64,000 nucleotides of DNA, taken from positions 10,487-74,486 of the forward strand of contig CAWJEP010000001.1 of assembly GCA_963841935.1 (NCBI GenBank), in the 5' to 3' direction. This stretch comes from an uncultured bacterium (GTDB lineage Bacteria > Patescibacteriota > Minisyncoccia > Phycocordibacterales > UBA6065). The position numbers and the translations under genes were made by a program. A model generated the notes under the pieces. It ran no database searches, was not told where the DNA came from, and was given only the letters and a program-made list of their open reading frames with translations. Shown one piece after another: positions 60,643 through 64,000 of the stretch; the stretch's first letter is position 1; each line of letters starts with the position of its first letter.

Positions 60643-62367
60643 ATGTCTTTGCGCTTAAAAAAATCTCTAGCGTCAATCCTCTTATTCTCAAGCGCACTTC
60701 CCCTCGTCGCCCTGATTTTATACTCTAATCCGATACCAGTAGAGGCACAAACCACCGACTGCGCCGCGGTAATCGGTGGGGTTATAGCTGGTTTCGTCGC
60801 AACTTTTGTCGGAAGCTCGGCGACCGCTGTGCCAAACGAGTCTAAGGGAAGTGATGTTACCGGAGCTAGTACCGCCGGAAGCGCTTATGGGACATTTTTC
60901 GGCGACTGCGTCGTAAAACCGCTCGTTATAGATATGGCGCAGAGGATTCTAGCCAACATCACCAATAGTCTGGTGACGTGGATTCAAAACGGCTTCAACG
61001 GCAATCCGTCGTTCGTCACAAACATAGACGACCTCGTCTCTAATTCTGCTAATCAAGGAATAGGAGAATTTCTAAACAGCACGGCTTTGGGAAAATATCT
61101 CTGCCAACCTTTCGCCACTCAAGTGCGAATCGCTTTAGCCACAAGTTTCAGTCAGCAACAATACGCCGGATGCACGCTCACCCAAATAGACCAAAACATT
61201 CAAAACATCGGCGCTAGTCAGCAAGCATGGCAAAGTTGGATAAATATTTCCACCGTGCCGGCGAACAATCAATACGGAGCTTATGTCCAAGCGAGCGGAA
61301 TACTAAATGATCTGTTGAGCACGCAAATCGCGAATATCAACAACCAAGTAAATCGAAACGGCGGATTTTTGGATTATCAAGTCTGCGATACATATGGCCC
61401 CTCAAATGGCGTAACTCCAACCGCATCAAATCCGTTTGGTATCGATACAAGTATAACCGCGCAACCAGTCACGCAAAACTCTTCAAACCCATTTGCCGTA
61501 AATAGTACCGCCGTAGGTTCTCTGCCAGCAAACACGACCGATTCTTGGGGAGTAAATACTAGCCTCGTGTCATTCCCAAACCAAGGCTCGACGCAAACTT
61601 GCATACACTCTCACACCACTACTCCGGGTCAAACGATTTCAAACGCCCTTGCCGGAAAATATTCTTCGGAATTCAACCAAATTGGCGTAGCCCAAGATAT
61701 CAACCAGATTATGGGCGCTCTGATAAACGAAATGGTGAGCCAAACCTTGACTGGTGCCGGGGGACTTCTCGGTGGAAGCACGCAGACTGTCAACAACACA
61801 CAGAGTCTCTCAGCAACGGTCACGGCTTCAAGTACAAGCGATGCTGACAGCGTCAACACTCTTAATTCAAACATTAACAATGCGTCAAACAACCTGAATA
61901 CCAACATCACTAACGCGTCTCAAACAAACAACAATCCGACCGGCACCGTTTCTTTCGTTGGAACTCTGTCAAACGGCTCACCAATATTGAGCAAGAGCGC
62001 CAATACCACAAACACTTATTCGCTCGTGATTTCCCCGACATCATCAAGCACGGTCATATCGACGCCGGTATCCGCGACAATCACACTGACTTCGGCGACC
62101 GGCGCAACGGCAAATTCGACATTTAGCTCGGCTTCGATTTCCAGAATGGTAAACGGCCAGTCGGTAAGTCTCGAACAAAACGGCTCACTCCTGAACACGG
62201 GCACATTGTCGGTAGACAACCTTCCTGTGCCGGTAGAAATTGACCTGTCGCTAAAGCCGAACACAAGCGCCGTGCTCGGCACAAATTTCAACTTTACCGT
62301 GACACTCACCGACGCGAACGGCGCAACACTCGGCAGCAACACGGAGACATTCACTATCATTCCATAA
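60643..62367 (+). CDS. Secreted/membrane hypothetical protein (CPR-type WIxxGFxGxPxFV family)
   Basis: Signal/TM; TWIQNGFNGNPSFV, LCQPF, NNQYG, GGFL, TTPG; C-terminal beta domain. Confidence 0.8.
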   Translation: MSLRLKKSLASILLFSSALPLVALILYSNPIPVEAQTTDCAAVIGGVIAGFVATFVGSSATAVPNESKGSDVTGASTAGSAYGTFFGDCVVKPLVIDMAQRILANITNSLVTWIQNGFNGNPSFVTNIDDLVSNSANQGIGEFLNSTALGKYLCQPFATQVRIALATSFSQQQYAGCTLTQIDQNIQNIGASQQAWQSWINISTVPANNQYGAYVQASGILNDLLSTQIANINNQVNRNGGFLDYQVCDTYGPSNGVTPTASNPFGIDTSITAQPVTQNSSNPFAVNSTAVGSLPANTTDSWGVNTSLVSFPNQGSTQTCIHSHTTTPGQTISNALAGKYSSEFNQIGVAQDINQIMGALINEMVSQTLTGAGGLLGGSTQTVNNTQSLSATVTASSTSDADSVNTLNSNINNASNNLNTNITNASQTNNNPTGTVSFVGTLSNGSPILSKSANTTNTYSLVISPTSSSTVISTPVSATITLTSATGATANSTFSSASISRMVNGQSVSLEQNGSLLNTGTLSVDNLPVPVEIDLSLKPNTSAVLGTNFNFTVTLTDANGATLGSNTETFTIIP

Positions 62368-62368
62368 A

Positions 62369-64000
62369 ATGAAAAGCTCATCATTAAAAATAATCACCGC
62401 GCTCTTCATCCTGACGGCAGTCATCGCGCCGCTTTCGGCAGCGGCGCAACAACCACCACCTTTCACCAGCCCCACAATTGACGTCGGAGGTACGAGTGCC
62501 GTGGGCGGCACAAATCAAAGCTCGGGTTTAACCGGAAGCAATGCGGGGAGTGGTTTGTCCGCTACGGGAATTCAGACGCCGAATAGTCAGACGGCGCAGA
62601 CAAATCCGCCGGCTTTTACCAGCACGGGCAACGAGTTTAACGTAGGTTCCGGCGGTCCAACCGGAAATACTTCATCCGGGGCGTCAGCCTCTGCGGCTCA
62701 ATCAAATACTGGCACCGGCAGCAGTTTTTCTTGGTCAAACCTCATTGCTGCGATTGACCCGATAACTTGGGTACCAAAAGCTCTGGATGCTCTCATGGAA
62801 CTCGTGGTTCTGCCGGTTGCGGGAGCAGTACTGGCTGTCGCCGGACTTCTTTTTGATAAATCGGTTCTATATTCTCTTGATATTTACAATCTCATAAGTG
62901 GAGCTACCGGAGCAGGTGGCGCTATAGTGCTCGGCTGGACGGTCATCAGAGACATATTCAATATGATGTTTATATTCAGCATTATTTGGATATCAATAGA
63001 GACGATGCTCGACCTCGGTAAGTGGCACGGGAAGCAAGTACTGACAAAAGTAATCATCGCGGCAATTCTCATTAACTTCAGTTTCTTCATAACGGAAGTC
63101 ATCATAGACGCCGGAAATATTTTCGCCACGTGGTTTTACAATGGCATTCAGACTGCGATAAGCACTACGGGCACCACTTCCGTAACCAGCGGCGTGAGTA
63201 GCATCGCCGGCGCGCTTGCCGCGTCACTCGGTCTTTTTGGTATTTACGGCAACGGAGTTAGTGGAGCCGGCGGAGCTAGTGTACTCGGTTCAATCGCGTC
63301 AGGCGGACTCAATGCGTCTGTCAATCAACTTCTTGGTTCATTCATAAGGCTCGGTGTCGTAGCTTTCGCGACTTATATATTTGCCTATGTTGCCGTGCTT
63401 TTCTTTGCCCGAACGATATCTCTGATGTTTTCACTCGTGCTTTCTCCCGTGGGTTTTGCCGGTAGCGTCTTGCCGCAGACACAGGAATATTCGAAAAAGT
63501 GGTGGGATGAACTTCTAAAAGACGTCCTGCTCGCGCCAGTGTTTCTTCTGTTCCTTTACGTCATAATAGATTTCACGACCACGCCTCTTTTTAAAGGACT
63601 CAATTTTTCAACCATCGGCGCTTTTGATGTAACTCCTTATTTCAAATATTTCCTCCTAGCTGGAATGCTTCTCTACGCTCTAAAAATGGCAAAAAAGTTT
63701 AGCGGGTCATTGGGTGAGTCGGTAAGTGGAATAGCGAAACAACTTGGAAACATGGCAGCTGGAGTTGCGGTCGGTACGGCGACGGGTGGTATTGGTCTGG
63801 CTGCCCGGGCAACTATTGGCCGGGCGGGTGCGGCGTTATCTGGAAGTGATCTTGTAAAAAATCTTGAGGGTAACAAGTACAGCGGTTTGGGTGGCGCATT
63901 ATTAAAGAACGTTGGCGCGGGTATTCGTAAAACCGGTGAGTCGGCATCAAAACAGACATTCGATACGAGTGGTATAGCTGAAGGCGCGCTCTCCGGCATA
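62369..64000 (+). CDS. Large multi-pass membrane protein, TrbL/VirB6-like; runs off window end
   Basis: Read by hand from ATG 62369: signal peptide, G/S/T-rich region, GWTVIRDIFN, AILINFSFFIT, LSPVGF, KKWW, APVFL. Confidence 0.75.
   Translation, partial: MKSSSLKIITALFILTAVIAPLSAAAQQPPPFTSPTIDVGGTSAVGGTNQSSGLTGSNAGSGLSATGIQTPNSQTAQTNPPAFTSTGNEFNVGSGGPTGNTSSGASASAAQSNTGTGSSFSWSNLIAAIDPITWVPKALDALMELVVLPVAGAVLAVAGLLFDKSVLYSLDIYNLISGATGAGGAIVLGWTVIRDIFNMMFIFSIIWISIETMLDLGKWHGKQVLTKVIIAAILINFSFFITEVIIDAGNIFATWFYNGIQTAISTTGTTSVTSGVSSIAGALAASLGLFGIYGNGVSGAGGASVLGSIASGGLNASVNQLLGSFIRLGVVAFATYIFAYVAVLFFARTISLMFSLVLSPVGFAGSVLPQTQEYSKKWWDELLKDVLLAPVFLLFLYVIIDFTTTPLFKGLNFSTIGAFDVTPYFKYFLLAGMLLYALKMAKKFSGSLGESVSGIAKQLGNMAAGVAVGTATGGIGLAARATIGRAGAALSGSDLVKNLEGNKYSGLGGALLKNVGAGIRKTGESASKQTFDTSGIAEGALSGI

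Noticed and set aside
1-64000. Alternative genetic code (UGA=Gly, as in Gracilibacteria/Absconditabacteria)
   Set aside because: Conserved genes translate fully in code 11 and several end at TGA (for example pgk, rnhA, pcrA, xth)

Overview
This is a chromosomal window from a small-genome bacterium that looks like a Patescibacteria/CPR (Parcubacteria-type) organism using genetic code 11. The evidence is a fragmented str/S10 cluster, comEC, comM, hppA, a trigger factor without its PPIase domain, typical CPR secreted proteins and many apparently leaderless genes. Most of the window is housekeeping: rpsL-rpsG-fusA-tuf-rpsJ-rplCDWB, rnhA, recJ, pgk, tpiA, nusA, clpP, rny, HU, xth, a xer recombinase, pcrA, rsmA and 4 tRNAs. 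A probable replication origin lies near 46.4-48.8 kb (parS cluster, DnaA boxes, switch in gene orientation) with no dnaA gene in the window. The main candidates for novelty are: (1) a repeat with a conserved 33-bp core enclosed by copy-specific 22-25 bp inverted arms, twice inside genes without breaking the frame; (2) a surface-protein cluster with a eukaryote-style thrombospondin type-1 repeat protein, a shared NPxFxEI C-terminus, a multi-pass membrane protein, a CarS-like protein and an S74-chaperone fibre; (3) an orphan gene whose 3' end looks like a DGR variable region, sitting between two alleles of an SDR gene; (4) two secreted-protein genes resembling Verrucomicrobia (Opitutaceae) families, a possible clue to the host. 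Five single-base frameshifts (rpsJ, the TSP1 gene, hppA, tig twice) are most likely consensus errors. All family assignments come from motif recognition by eye, not database searches.
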